Notes under the pieces: model-generated
Told to the model about the DNA's origin: nothing
Seen by the model: the letters and a program-made list of their open reading frames with translations, nothing else
Databases searched by the model: none
Translations under genes and position numbers: made by a program
Shown: positions 22,450-33,305 of the stretch, in pieces
Layout of the letters: every line of letters begins with the position of its first letter
Numbering within the stretch: position 1 is the first letter of the stretch
Origin: Chiloscyllium plagiosum
Taxonomy: Eukaryota
Direction of reading: 5' to 3'
Assembly: GCF_004010195.1 (NCBI RefSeq)
Contig: NW_025214443.1
Span: 1 to 34,213, forward strand
DNA length: 34,213 bases

Positions 22450-22989
22450 AAAAATAAGAATGGTAACGATGACTGTAGGGTTTTTCTTTAGCTCGCTCTC
22501 ATTGCTGTGATGAGGAACAATGAAGGAGAGAGAGTGCAATAGGCCATTCCTTCTCAGGAAGATTATATTTTCTGCCTCTCTGAGTTGAATCATACAGTAA
22601 TGTCATCCTTTCCCAAACTGGACCATGTGAGGTCCCTTGTACATTGTCCAAACTATGTTTCCATCACATTCCCTGTTCCATGTTGCTGCATCATTGCTGC
22701 TGTCATACACAGGGATGCCTTGATTCCGGCCTTGATTTTCACAAAGACCCTGAGCTTTGGTTGCCTTGTGTTGTTAGGGGGATGAGGGACTGATTGTAGA
22801 CACAGTCAATGGGAGGAGAGGCTGGACAGTAATCAGCAGAAAATGGTCTCGGTCGCTTTGAAGATATGTTTATACGTTGCTGCGGCATTAAAAACTAAAA
22901 TGTTTAATGTATTCAGTATACCTGTGTTAAAATGAATGCATTTTGTAACAAATACAGAAATTGCTGGAAAAGCTCGGCAGGTCTGTCAG

Positions 22990-23215
22990 CATCCAGATGC
23001 CTTTTACATGCTGTAGTTCTACCAGCCTCCATCACTTCCTCTGGCAGGTCATTCCAGACGTACACCACCCTCTGCGTGAAAAGGTGCTCCTTAGGCCTCT
23101 TCAAAACCTTGCCCCTCTCACTTTTAACCAATGCCCTCTAGGTTTGGACACCCCTAACCTGAGGAAAAACCCTGACGACTCACCCTATCCATGACCATTC
23201 TGATTTTATAAACCG
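22990..23215 (-). mobile_element. CR1 ORF2 C-terminal fragment
   Basis: FTQRVVYVWNDLPEEVMEAG....KRHLD. Confidence 0.9.
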
Positions 23216-23349
23216 CTACTGCTGCGAAATGTGACTCCAATCAACACGAATGGCTGTACTTTCAGTCATCCTGGGCCTAAATTCTGAAATGCAATACTGA
23301 CACCTCTTCCTTCTCCATCAGGTCACAATTCTAAATCCATTTTAATCAG

Positions 23350-23640
23350 TTTGTTCAGATATATCCTGAGACACTTCTGTGGGATTTACACCTAGACCTT
23401 TGTGCCTGGAGGTAGGGACACTAGCATCACTCGGCAATACCCATAAAGCTGTAACAGTATTCTTCTGTGTCTTTGCTCATCAGCCTGTTCTGACATGCTG
23501 TGACATACCTCTGCAACAGGCAGGACTTGAATCCAGACCTTCTAGTTCAGAGCGAGGAACACTACCATACAAGTTCAGGTACTGGAATAAAATGCAGAGC
23601 TCTGGCTCAGAGGCAGGGACACTACCCACTACACTACCAT
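23350..23640 (-). repeat. Three degenerate tandem tRNA-like SINE heads
   Basis: Recurring agaggcagggacactac-type motif at ~23410, 23550 and 23610. The minus strand shows A-box-like tagtgtagtgg and B-box-like gattcaagtcc. Confidence 0.55.
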
Positions 23641-23941
23641 ACCCAAATTTTCGGTCATATTTTATGTAACAGCTTTGTGTAGATTTATTATAATCAGGTT
23701 ACCATTATTGAACTACACAAAACACTTTGTGTTGTTAAACAAATACAAGGTATTTGTCTTAACTGTAGGATGTTGAGTACACGTGCTGTACCATCGAAAT
23801 TAACTATGACCATCTTTAATCGCTGTTATCTGTAGTCTGCAATATTAGGGAAAGAAATCCTGCAGACACACTCTGCACGGTCTTGAATAGACAGAGACAG
23901 AGAAAGACCATAATTTCTGTCCCCAAAATACGGATCAGTAT

Positions 23942-24190
23942 TAGAACATAGAACATAGAACATAGAAGAATACAGCGCAGTACAGGCCCTTGGGCCCTCG
24001 ATGTTGCGCCGATCCAAGCCCACCTAAACTACACTAACCCACTATCCTCCATATACCTATCCAATGCCCTCTTAAATGCCCATAAAGAGGGAGAGTCCAC
24101 CACTGTTACTGGCAGGGCATTCCATGAACTAACGACTCACTGAGTGAAGAACCTACCCCTAACACCAGTCCTATATCTACCCCCCCTTAA
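23942..24190 (-). mobile_element. Young CR1 3' end with (TTCTATG)n tail
   Basis: (agaacat)3 tail and FFTQ*VVSSWNALP on the minus strand. Confidence 0.9.
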
Positions 24191-24279
24191 TGGTGGCCCA
24201 GGGACAAGCACCAACGCAGACTCACCTCAGATCCCACGAGACTCTACCTTTTGTAGCAGCCTGCCGTAAGATGTGAAGC

Positions 24280-24540
24280 GATCCAGAAGAGATTACTGAC
24301 GCAAAGGTGACTACACTTAAATGAAAGTGCTGGGAATGGCAACCGTGATGGAACTCGCAGCCAAGGAAGGTCAACACCTCACAAAATGGTGGCTGAGAGT
24401 TCACAAAATGGTGGCCCAGGGACAAGCACCAACGCAGACACAAAACTGCCACTGCTGTGGAAACACATGTCAGGCAGCAGCAAATTGCTGCTGGAAAGAA
24501 GCTGTGTGCAGAAACTGCAGCATTAAAAAAGAATATATTA
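24280..24540 (+). pseudogene. Gypsy-type gag fragment (double zinc-knuckle remnant)
   Basis: MATVMELAAKE...CHCCG......NC..KEAVCRNC. Confidence 0.55.
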
Positions 24541-24549
24541 AGCGAGAAG

Positions 24550-24916
24550 AAGTTTGAGAGGCAACTTAATTGAGATATATAAGATAATCAAAGGGTTAGA
24601 CAGGGTGGACAGTGATAGCCTTTTTCCTTGGACGGTGATGGCTGGCCTGAGGGGACTTAGCTTTATATTGAGGGGTGATAGGTATAGGACAGATGTCAGA
24701 GGTAGTTTCTTCACTCAGAATAGTAGGCGCATGGAACGCACTGCCTGCAACAGTAGTTGAGTCGCCAACTTTAAGGGCATTTAAACGGTCATTGGATAGT
24801 CATATGGGCGAAAATAGAATAGTGTCGTTTAGAAGGGCTTCAGATTGGTTCGACAGGTTGGCGCAACATCAAGGGCTGAAGGGCCTCAACTGCGCTGTAA
24901 TCTTCTATGTTCTATG
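24550..24916 (+). mobile_element. CR1 3' fragment with tail
   Basis: LRGNLIEIYKIIKGLDRVD..LFP, WNALPATVVE and ttctatgttctatg tail. Confidence 0.95.
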
Positions 24917-24917
24917 T

Positions 24918-24995
24918 CGTAAAAGCACAGCAGGTCAGGCAGCATCCAAGGAGCAGGGGAATCGATGCTCCGAGCATGAGCTCTTCATCAGGAAC
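24918..24995 (-). mobile_element. Family A element, partial single-arm copy
   Basis: Minus strand reads CTGATGA-a-GAGC-tcat-GCTC-ggag-cATC, and the arm matches 7133-7207. Confidence 0.8.
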
Positions 24996-25224
24996 TAGTA
25001 ACTACACAAGTCACGTTCAAAAGTGAAATCTACAACTGAGNNNNNNNNNNNNNNNNNNNNNNNNNNNNNNNNNNNNNNNNNNNNNNNNNNNNNNNNNNNN
25101 NNNNNNNNNNNNNNNNNNNNNNNNNNNNNNNNNNNNNNNNNNNNNNNNNNNNNNTGCAGAGGGGAAGGAATTTTAAAATTAAACGGGGAAGGTGAGTAGG
25201 TGGTAATATCACTCACTGGGTTGA

Positions 25225-26060
25225 AGAGTGGCAAGTGGAGTTCAGTTTGGATTAATGCGAGCTATTGGATTTGGTAAATCAAACAAGAGCAGGACCTATA
25301 CAATTAAAAATAGGGCCTTTGGTAGTGTTGTAGGACAGAGACCTAGGCCGTCAGGTCCATTAAAATTTGCATCTCATATAGATAGTGTGGTTAAGAAGGT
25401 GTTTAGCATACTTGTCTTCATTGGTCAGACTTTCGAGTATCGGAATTGGGACGTCATGTTGTGGTTGTACAGGATATTGGCGAGACTTCTGCTGGAATAC
25501 TGTGTCCAGTCTGGTCTCCATGCCCGCTCATTACATAGGCACACCACCCTCTGTGTGAAAAAGCTGCCCCTTAGGTCACTTTTAAATGTTTCCCTCTCAC
25601 CTTAAAACTATGCCCTCTAGTTTTGGTCTCCCCTACAGTTATAAAATACCTTGACTATTCACTTTAATATTATTGACCTTGATATTATTAAGCTGGAGAG
25701 GGTTCAGAAGAGATTAATCTGGATGTTGCTGGGAATGGAGAGAGTGATCAATAAGGAGAGGCTGGATAGGCTGGGACTTTTTTCACCGGAGAGGATGAGA
25801 TTAAGGGGTAACTTCAGAGAAGTTTACAAAATAATGAGGGGTACAGATAAGCTGAAAGGCTGATGTCTTTTCCCTAGAGTTGGGGATTCAAAACTGAGGG
25901 ATATTTTAAGGTGCGAGGAAAAAGATTTACAAAAGTCATGAGATGTAATTATTTTAGACAGAAGCTGGCTTGGGTGTGGAATGAATTTCCAGAGGAAATG
26001 GTGAAAGCAGGGACAGCTACAACATTTAAAGGACATTTAGATCAGTACATGGATGAGACA
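25225..26060 (+). mobile_element. CR1 ORF2 3' part with an internal antisense CR1 piece (~25520-25670)
   Basis: LYRILARLLLEYCVQ, then an inverted piece, then DIIKLERVQKR..MLLGME...ERLDRLGLFS. Confidence 0.9.
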
Positions 26061-26339
26061 TCAGTTTGGATGGTGCTGTGAGCAGCTGCCCTCTCCCTTC
26101 CCCTCTCTGAATGAATCACTGTTGGTTTTCACCCTCTGCCAATGCCTGTGCAGTGGCGTGTGGAGGCCAGCAGAGGGTGGCATCGCATCACTTTAAGCAC
26201 CACAGAGACTGCCAGACCTGCCCCACACAGAGATACACAGATACACACACACGGGAATGGTGAGGACACGGCGTGAAACTCATCTGGTAATTTAAATTAA
26301 ACATAGCAGTATTGGAAATATATTAGTATTTCACTTGCT

Positions 26340-26685
26340 CACACTCGTTAGTGGGGCAGGATTTCAGTTGTTTCATGGGGACTGTGATGCTATGACAATC
26401 TCAATGTTTGTAGATAAGACCAAACCTGGAAGAATTGCAAAGTCTATGGAGGACAGTGCGGAACTCTAACAGGGCAATCACACGTTGGTGTAGTGTTCAC
26501 GTTTATGGCGGATGGGGATCAATGCAGAGCAGTGTGAGGTGATACACTTTGGTAGGAAAGACAATGAAAGACAGTTTAAAACAGGCTATACCATTATAAA
26601 GCGGCTGCAGGAGCAGAGGGCGCGGCGTGTATATGAGCACAGATTGTTGAAGATGTCAGGACAAGTGGGGAGGGCAGTTACTATC
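26340..26685 (+). mobile_element. CR1 RT fragment
   Basis: INAEQCEVIHFGRKD.... Confidence 0.8.
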
Positions 26686-26946
26686 ACAGACTAGTTTCAG
26701 TATCTGAGCTGTTTACAGGAGGAGGTGTGGGAGGGAGCCTCCGTGCTCCCTTCCTGGGAGGTGGTGGTGACGATGTGTTATGAGCCCACCCTCCTGCCCA
26801 CCGAGACCGTGGGGATTCCATTTGTACCAGCTCGACACAAAAGGGAGATGGCATCAGGGCCACGGCTTCTAAGTTGTACCGGGGGGAAACGGAGCTGCCA
26901 GTGGGTTTAAAGTGAGAATTGCCCTTCACTGAACATTGCTCCTTAC

Positions 26947-27117
26947 TCGGTCGCTGGGACGTGAATGTTTCAGAATCTCCACACGAGGCGTCCCGGTCCT
27001 CTCCGGCTCGTACCAGGGTCCTCCCCACATGGCAGGGGGAAGGGGGGGTGAGGGAACGGATATCGGGCACTCCTCCACCCGAATAGGCCCTTCTTGTCCT
27101 ATTCCAGGCTGTTTCTC
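26947..27117 (-). pseudogene. Harbinger Myb/SANT-like gene remnant, exon 2
   Basis: Acceptor ttccag|GAGAAA. With one frameshift it reads EK.AWNRTRRAYSGGGVPDIRSLTP. Donor cga|gtaagg. Confidence 0.65.
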
Positions 27118-27288
27118 CTGGAATGGGAGAAGGGGAGGGAGGGAGTGAGGGTGGGAGTGGGTGGCCCTGCTGTTAGTGCTGGTGTAGGTGGGGGACATGG
27201 TCATGGTGAAGTATCCGGAGGGAGTCAGTCCACAGTGTTGTATCCATGCAGTGTTATTAATGTGGGGGAGGTAAAGTGGAGGGAGGGA

Positions 27289-27324
<36 letters not shown>

Positions 27325-27448
27325 CGGAAAGGGGGAAGGTGCTGCATGCAGCAGTGAGAATGGTGGAGCCTGAGCCTTGTTCGGGGGTGGGTGCTATCAC
27401 AGATGTACAGTGAGTGTGAGGAAGCAGAGAGAAAACGGTGACCCTTAT

Positions 27449-27672
27449 CCTGACAGAGCGGGGAAGGTTATTGATGCTTGTGCTGTATTACTGGACACTC
27501 CTTCAGACCAGAGATACTGCACTGAGCTGGGTGGGGAGCTAAGACCATGCTCGGTGGGTCTGGTGGTGTGGCCCCTTTGGGAAGAGAATGGTCCCATTCT
27601 GTACTAGCCCATCCACCAGGACCTCCGTGCCCCTGTCGACAAATTGTGGTGTAATTGCCCCTTATCTGCCAT
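27449..27672 (-). pseudogene. Harbinger Myb/SANT-like gene remnant, exon 1
   Basis: MADKG/ITPQFVDRGTEVLVDGLVQNGTILFP......RAWS*LPTQLSAVSLV*RSVQ*YSTSINNL, a NAIF1/Myb_DNA-bind_5-like pattern with stops. Confidence 0.7.
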
Positions 27673-28389
27673 GCTCGGGGTAAACTGTGCAGGGCAGCTC
27701 CTAACAGAGAAAGCTCAACCGTGTGCCCATTGACCTTTTAAAGATGGCACCAGTGCCTGGGATCACGGAATATCCAGGGGCACCCGGGCGATGGTGAGCA
27801 CCTCCAGTCATGATGGATGGGAGAATTGGGCTGGTATTGAATGAAAGGGACACCATGGGGTGGGGTGGGTGGTTAATGAGGTGAGTTCGATACGATAGCA
27901 CTAGGAAACTAGCTCAGCCTCGTGTGGACAATCGCTCTGTCACACTCAAGGAAAGTCAAACAAAAATAAAGTATTGTTAGAATCTGCCCAATGAGTCATA
28001 GATTCTATTGAAACTAATTCCAGTTACAAAGATGTAGAACAAATGCTCATCTGATCTCACACCAATATCCCTTTTTCCCATCTTTCCTGGGAAGACTGGC
28101 TCATGTTACAGGATGTTATCGAAGTGTCTACATTTCAGCATTCTGAAACCTGGGAACACATCCTTCCATGACACTGTCTCTCAGTCTCCCCATCTCTGTC
28201 TATTTCCCAAACCCCTCCCATGTGGTGGTATTTAAACTGATTTCCCCTGCCATCTCTCTCTGGCAGTGATGTTCACACCCACAGCACCCCCTTGTCAGGG
28301 CAACAATGGAGATAGGAGCTGTAAATGGGTGGGAGCTACACAACCTGTCACTCCCAGCATGGGCTGCAAGTTTCCCCACGCTGGGCAGG

Positions 28390-29869
28390 GATCTAACACA
28401 GTGTTACTGAACAATGCACTGGGCTGGGGTACACAGCTCTACATGCTGGGAGGGTAACAGCTCCTGGTTTACAGATCAATGCACTGGGTCGTGTACACAG
28501 TCCTACATGCTGGGAGGGTAACTGCTCCTGGTTTACAGATCAATGCACTGGGGTGGGCGATACATCCCGATGTGTTGGGAGGGTAACTGCTCCTGGTTTA
28601 CAGATCAATGCACTGGGGTGGGGTACACAGTCCTACATGCTGGGAGGGTAACTGCTCCTAGGTTACAGATCAATGCACTGGGGTAGTGTACACAGTCCTA
28701 TATACTGGGAGGGTAACTGCTCCTGGTTTACAGATCAATGCACTGGGTTGGGCTATACAGCCCTACGTGGTGGGAGGGTGACTGCTCCTGGTTTACAGAT
28801 CAATGCACTGGGTTGGGCGATACAGCCCTACGTGTTGGGAGGGTAACTGCTCCTGGTTTACAGATCAATGCACTGGGGTGGTGTACACAGTCCTACATGC
28901 TCGGAGGATAACTGCTCCTAGGTTACAGATCAATGCACTGGGGTGGGGTACATAGTCCAACATGTTGGGAGGGTAACTGCTCCTGGTTTGCAAATGAATT
29001 CATGGGTGATCACTGCACAGGTCGCTGTGCTGGTCAGACTATCTGGTTGAGGTTTGTAGATAATGCAATGATGTGGTTTGTGTAGCCCCTTATGCTGGAT
29101 GGATATTTGTTTCAGGTTCACACATTAGTGCCCTGCTGTGGTCTGCACAGCTCCCCGTGCTGGACAGATATCGAGTCGGTGTTTATAGATCAATGCACTG
29201 GGGTGGTGTACACAGTCCTACATGCTGGAAGGATAACTGCTCCTAGGTTACAGATCAATGCACTGGGGTAGTGTACACAGTCCTACATACTGGGAGGGTA
29301 ACTGTTCCTGGTTTACAGATCAATGCATTGGGTTGGGCTATACAGCCCTACGTGTTGGGAGGGTAACTGCTCCTGGTTTACAGATCAATGCACTGGGGTG
29401 GGGTACACAGTCCAACATGCTAGGAGCGTAACTGCTCCTGGTTTACAGATCAATGCACTGGGGTGGTGTACACAGTCCTACATGCTCGGAGGGTAACTGC
29501 TCCTAGGTTGCAGATCAATGCACTGGGGTGGGGTACATAGTCCAACATGTTGGGAGGGTAACTGCTCCTGGTTTACAAATGAATTCATGGGTGATCACTG
29601 CACAGGTCGCTGTGCTGGTCAGACTATCTGGTTGAGGTTTATAGATAATGCAATGATGTGGTTTGTGTAGCCCCTTATGCTGGATGGATATTTGTTTCAG
29701 GTTCACATATTAGTGCCCTCCTGTGGTCTCCACAGCTCCTCTTGCTGGACAGATATCGAGTCGGTGTTTATAGATCAATACACTGCTGTGGTCTGCACAG
29801 CTCCCCATGCTGCACAGATATCTAGTCCGGGGTTATAGATCAATGCACTGCTGTGGTCTGCACAGCTCT
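28390..29869. repeat. 65-bp satellite with two monomer types and a 585-bp higher-order repeat
   Basis: gggtaactgctcc at 28516, 28581, 28646 and onward; identical ORFs at 28930 and 29515 (offset 585 = 9x65). Confidence 0.95.
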
Positions 29870-30279
29870 NNNNNNNNNNNNNNNNNNNNNNNNNNNNNNN
29901 NNNNNNNNNNNNNNNNNNNNNNNNNNNNNNNNNNNNNNNNNNNNNNNNNNNNNNNNNNNNNNNNNNNNNNNNNNNNNNNNNNNNNNNNNNNNNNNNNNNN
30001 NNNNNNNNNNNNNNNNNNNNNNNNNNNNNNNNNNNNNNNNNNNNNNNNNNNNNNNNNNNNNNNNNNNNNNNNNNNNNNNNNNNNNNNNNNNNNNNNNNNN
30101 NNNNNNNNNNNNNNNNNNNNNNNNNNNNNNNNNNNNNNNNNNNNNNNNNNNNNNNNNNNNNNNNNNNNNNNNNNNNNNNNNNNNNNNNNNNNNNNNNNNN
30201 NNNNNNNNNNNNNNNNNNNNNNNNNNNNNNNNNNNNNNNNNNNNNNNNNNNNNNNNNNNNNNNNNNNNNNNNNNNNNNN

Positions 30280-30420
30280 ATGCCATATGCCTTCCTCACT
30301 GCACTATTTACCTGGGTGGCAACTTTCAGAGATCTGTGTACATGGACACCAAGATCCCTCTGCTCATCCACACTACCAAGTATCCGACCATTAGCCCAGT
30401 ACCCCATCTTTTTGTTATTC
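30280..30420 (-). mobile_element. CR1 fragment
   Basis: EQRDLGVHVHRSLKVATQV..AV.KAYG. Confidence 0.9.
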
Positions 30421-30614
30421 TTAAGGTGGTTCTGTGAGGTGGATTGAGAATGTGGTATATCTCACCCTTTGAGCTGATCTGGCAATGCCTTTAGTTCCCA
30501 TTCCTGTGATTGGACCCTCCGTCTCTCACCCCATTAATGTTACAGTGTGCCCAGGCACAGTACATCATGTTGGTGGGGTGGGTAGGGGGGAAAGGTGATG
30601 GACAGGTCAAGGAG

Positions 30615-30909
30615 TTCCCCGGAATGTTCTGTCCCCAACATTCTATAACCGACATTCCCTGGAACGTTCTGTCCCCAACATTCTATAACTGTCATTCCCC
30701 AGAACGTTCTGTCCCTGACTTTCTATAACTGACATTCCCCGGAACATTCCATCCCCAACATTCTATAACTGTCATTCCCCGGAACGTTCTGTCCCTGACA
30801 TTCTATAACTGCCATTCCCCGGAACGTTCTGTCCCCAACTTTCTATAACTGTTATTCCCCGGAACATTCCATCCCCAACATTCTATAACTGTCATTCCCC
30901 GGAACATTC
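30615..30909. repeat. 40-bp minisatellite (~7 copies)
   Basis: ggaacgttctgtccccaacattctataactgtcattcccc repeats at 30621, 30661 ... 30901. Confidence 0.95.
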
Positions 30910-33305
30910 AAAGAAACAGAGTGCGCGTTGTAATTCAATGAGTTGAGCCTCTCTCATTCAGTCAATGTGTCGATATTAACGCTTTCAATCAATCAAACAA
31001 ACTGCATTCATTCAATCATTGAATCAAACTTCAATCATTAATTCAATGAATCAGATGTTAATCGCTGATTCTTTGTAACAAACATGCATTCATTGAATGA
31101 AACCGAGTGTACGTAGTATTTCATTGATTTGACCTTGTGTCATTCAGTCAATGACAGAAGCTTAACGCTTTCAATCAATGAAACAAACTGCATTCATTCA
31201 ATCATTGAATCAAACTTCAAGCATTGATTAGATGTTAATCATTGAATCTCTGAATCAAACGTAACCCGTTTCTTAGTGCGTCCAACTGCATTAATGTGTA
31301 GAGCTTTTATCATTCAGTCAATGTCTCGAGCTTTCATTCAATGAAACAAACTGCATTCACACATTGGGTCAAACTTCCATCATTGATTCAGTGAATCAGA
31401 CGTTAATCGCTGAATCTTTGATACAAGCTTAACTCAATTGTTTAGCGAATCCAACTGCATTCATTCATACAATCAAACAAACAAACAACTTTGTAACGTG
31501 GTATTTCAATGATTTGACCTTCTCTCATAAAGTCAATGTCTCGAGCTTAACGCTTTCAATCAATGAAACAAACTGCATTCATTCAATCATTGAATCAAAC
31601 TTCAATCATTATTTCAATTACTCAAACGTTATTCATTGATTCAATGAAACAAACTTAACTCATTTCTTTAGTGAATCCAACTGCAATCATTCATACTGCA
31701 TTCGTTCATTCAAAGAAACAGAGTGCGCGTTGTAATTCAATGAGTTGAGCCTCTCTCATTCAGTCAATGTGTCGATATTAACGCTTTCAATCAAACAAAC
31801 TGCATTCATTCAATCATTGAATCAAACTTCAAGCATTGATTAGATGTTAATCATTGAATCTCTGAATCAAACGTAACCCATTTCTTAGTGCGTCCACCTG
31901 CATTAATGTGTAGAGCTTTTATCATTCAGTCAATGTCTCGAGCTTTCATTCAATGAAACAAACTGCATTCACACATTGGGTCAAACTTCAATCATTGATT
32001 CAGTGAAACAGACGTTAATCGCTGAATCTTTGATACAAACTTAACTCAATTGTTTAGCGAATGCAACTGCATTCATTCATACAGTCAAACAAACTGCATG
32101 CATTCATTCAATGATTTGACCTTCTCTCATAAAGTCAATGTCTCGAGCTTAACGCTTTCAATCAATGAAACAAACTGCATTCATTCAATCATTGAATCAA
32201 ACTTCAATCATTATTTCAATTAATCAAACGTTATTCATTGATTCAATGAAACAAACTTAACTCATTTCTTTAGTGAATCCAACTGCATTCATTCGTACTG
32301 TCAAACAAGCTGCATTCGTTCATTCAATGAAACAGAGTGCACGTGGTAAATCAATGAGTTGAGCCTCTCTCATTCAGTCAATGTCTCGGTCTTAACGCTT
32401 TCTTTCAATGAAACAAACGGCATTCATTCAATCATTGAATTAAACTTCAATCATTAATTCAATGAATCAGATGTTAATTGTTGATTCTCTGAATCAAACG
32501 TAACCCATTTCTTAGTGCGTCCAACTGCATTAATTCACACAATGAAACAAACTGCATGCCTTCGTTCAATGAAACAGAGTGCAAGTGCTAATCCAATGCT
32601 GAGAGCATTTCCCATTCATTCTGTGAAACAAACTGCAAAGATTAATTCAACGAAACAGACTGCACGTGTTAATTCAATGACAAGAGCTTCTCTCACTTAT
32701 TCAAATTTAAGCTTCACGCTTTCCTTCATTGAAACAAACTGCATGCACACAGTAATTGAATCAAAATTCTATCATTCATGCAATGAAACAAACTGCACAC
32801 ATTCATTCAATGAAACCTTACTGCACGTGTTTATTCAATGAGTGGAGCTCCTCTCATTCAGTCAATGTCTCGAGTTTTAATTCAGTGAAACAAACTGCAT
32901 TCATTCAAACATTGTGTCAAACTTCAATCATTGAATTAACTTCAATCATTGAATTAAACTTCAATCATTAATTCAATGAAGCAAATGTTGATCGTTGATT
33001 CTCTGAAACAATGCAGTTTTCCTGCATCCAACTGCATTGATTCATGCAATGTAACAAACGGAATGCGTTCGTTCAATGAAACAGAGTCCCATGCGTAGAG
33101 CTTTTCCCATTCATTCTGTGAAACAAACTTCAAAGATTAATTCAATGAAACAGACTGCACATGTTAATTCAAAATCTGGAGCTTTACGCTCACATTCATT
33201 GAAACAAACTGCATGTATTCAGTCATTGACTTAAAATTAAATCATTCATTCAATGAAAACTTACTGCAACTGTTTATTCAATGAGTAGACCTTCTCTCAT
33301 TCATT
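30910..33305. repeat. Complex AT-rich satellite (~170-240 bp monomers, ~600-bp higher-order duplication)
   Basis: Recurrent tcaatgaaacaaactgcattcattcaatcattgaatcaaac; block ~31190-31700 is repeated at ~31800-32300. Confidence 0.9.

Noticed and set aside
24215..24452. Strong minus-strand donor (gag|gtgagt) ending a 76-aa ORF
   Set aside because: It is antisense to a gag remnant, with no acceptor or protein similarity evident.
28490..29500. cacagt words as V(D)J RSS heptamers
   Set aside because: The heptamer is imperfect (cacagtc), there is no ACAAAAACC nonamer at 12/23 spacing, and no V/J segments are present.
28390..29869. CRISPR-like appearance (conserved ~35-bp part plus variable part, 65-bp period)
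   Set aside because: The variable parts are homologous to each other rather than unique spacers, there are no cas genes, and the context is vertebrate.
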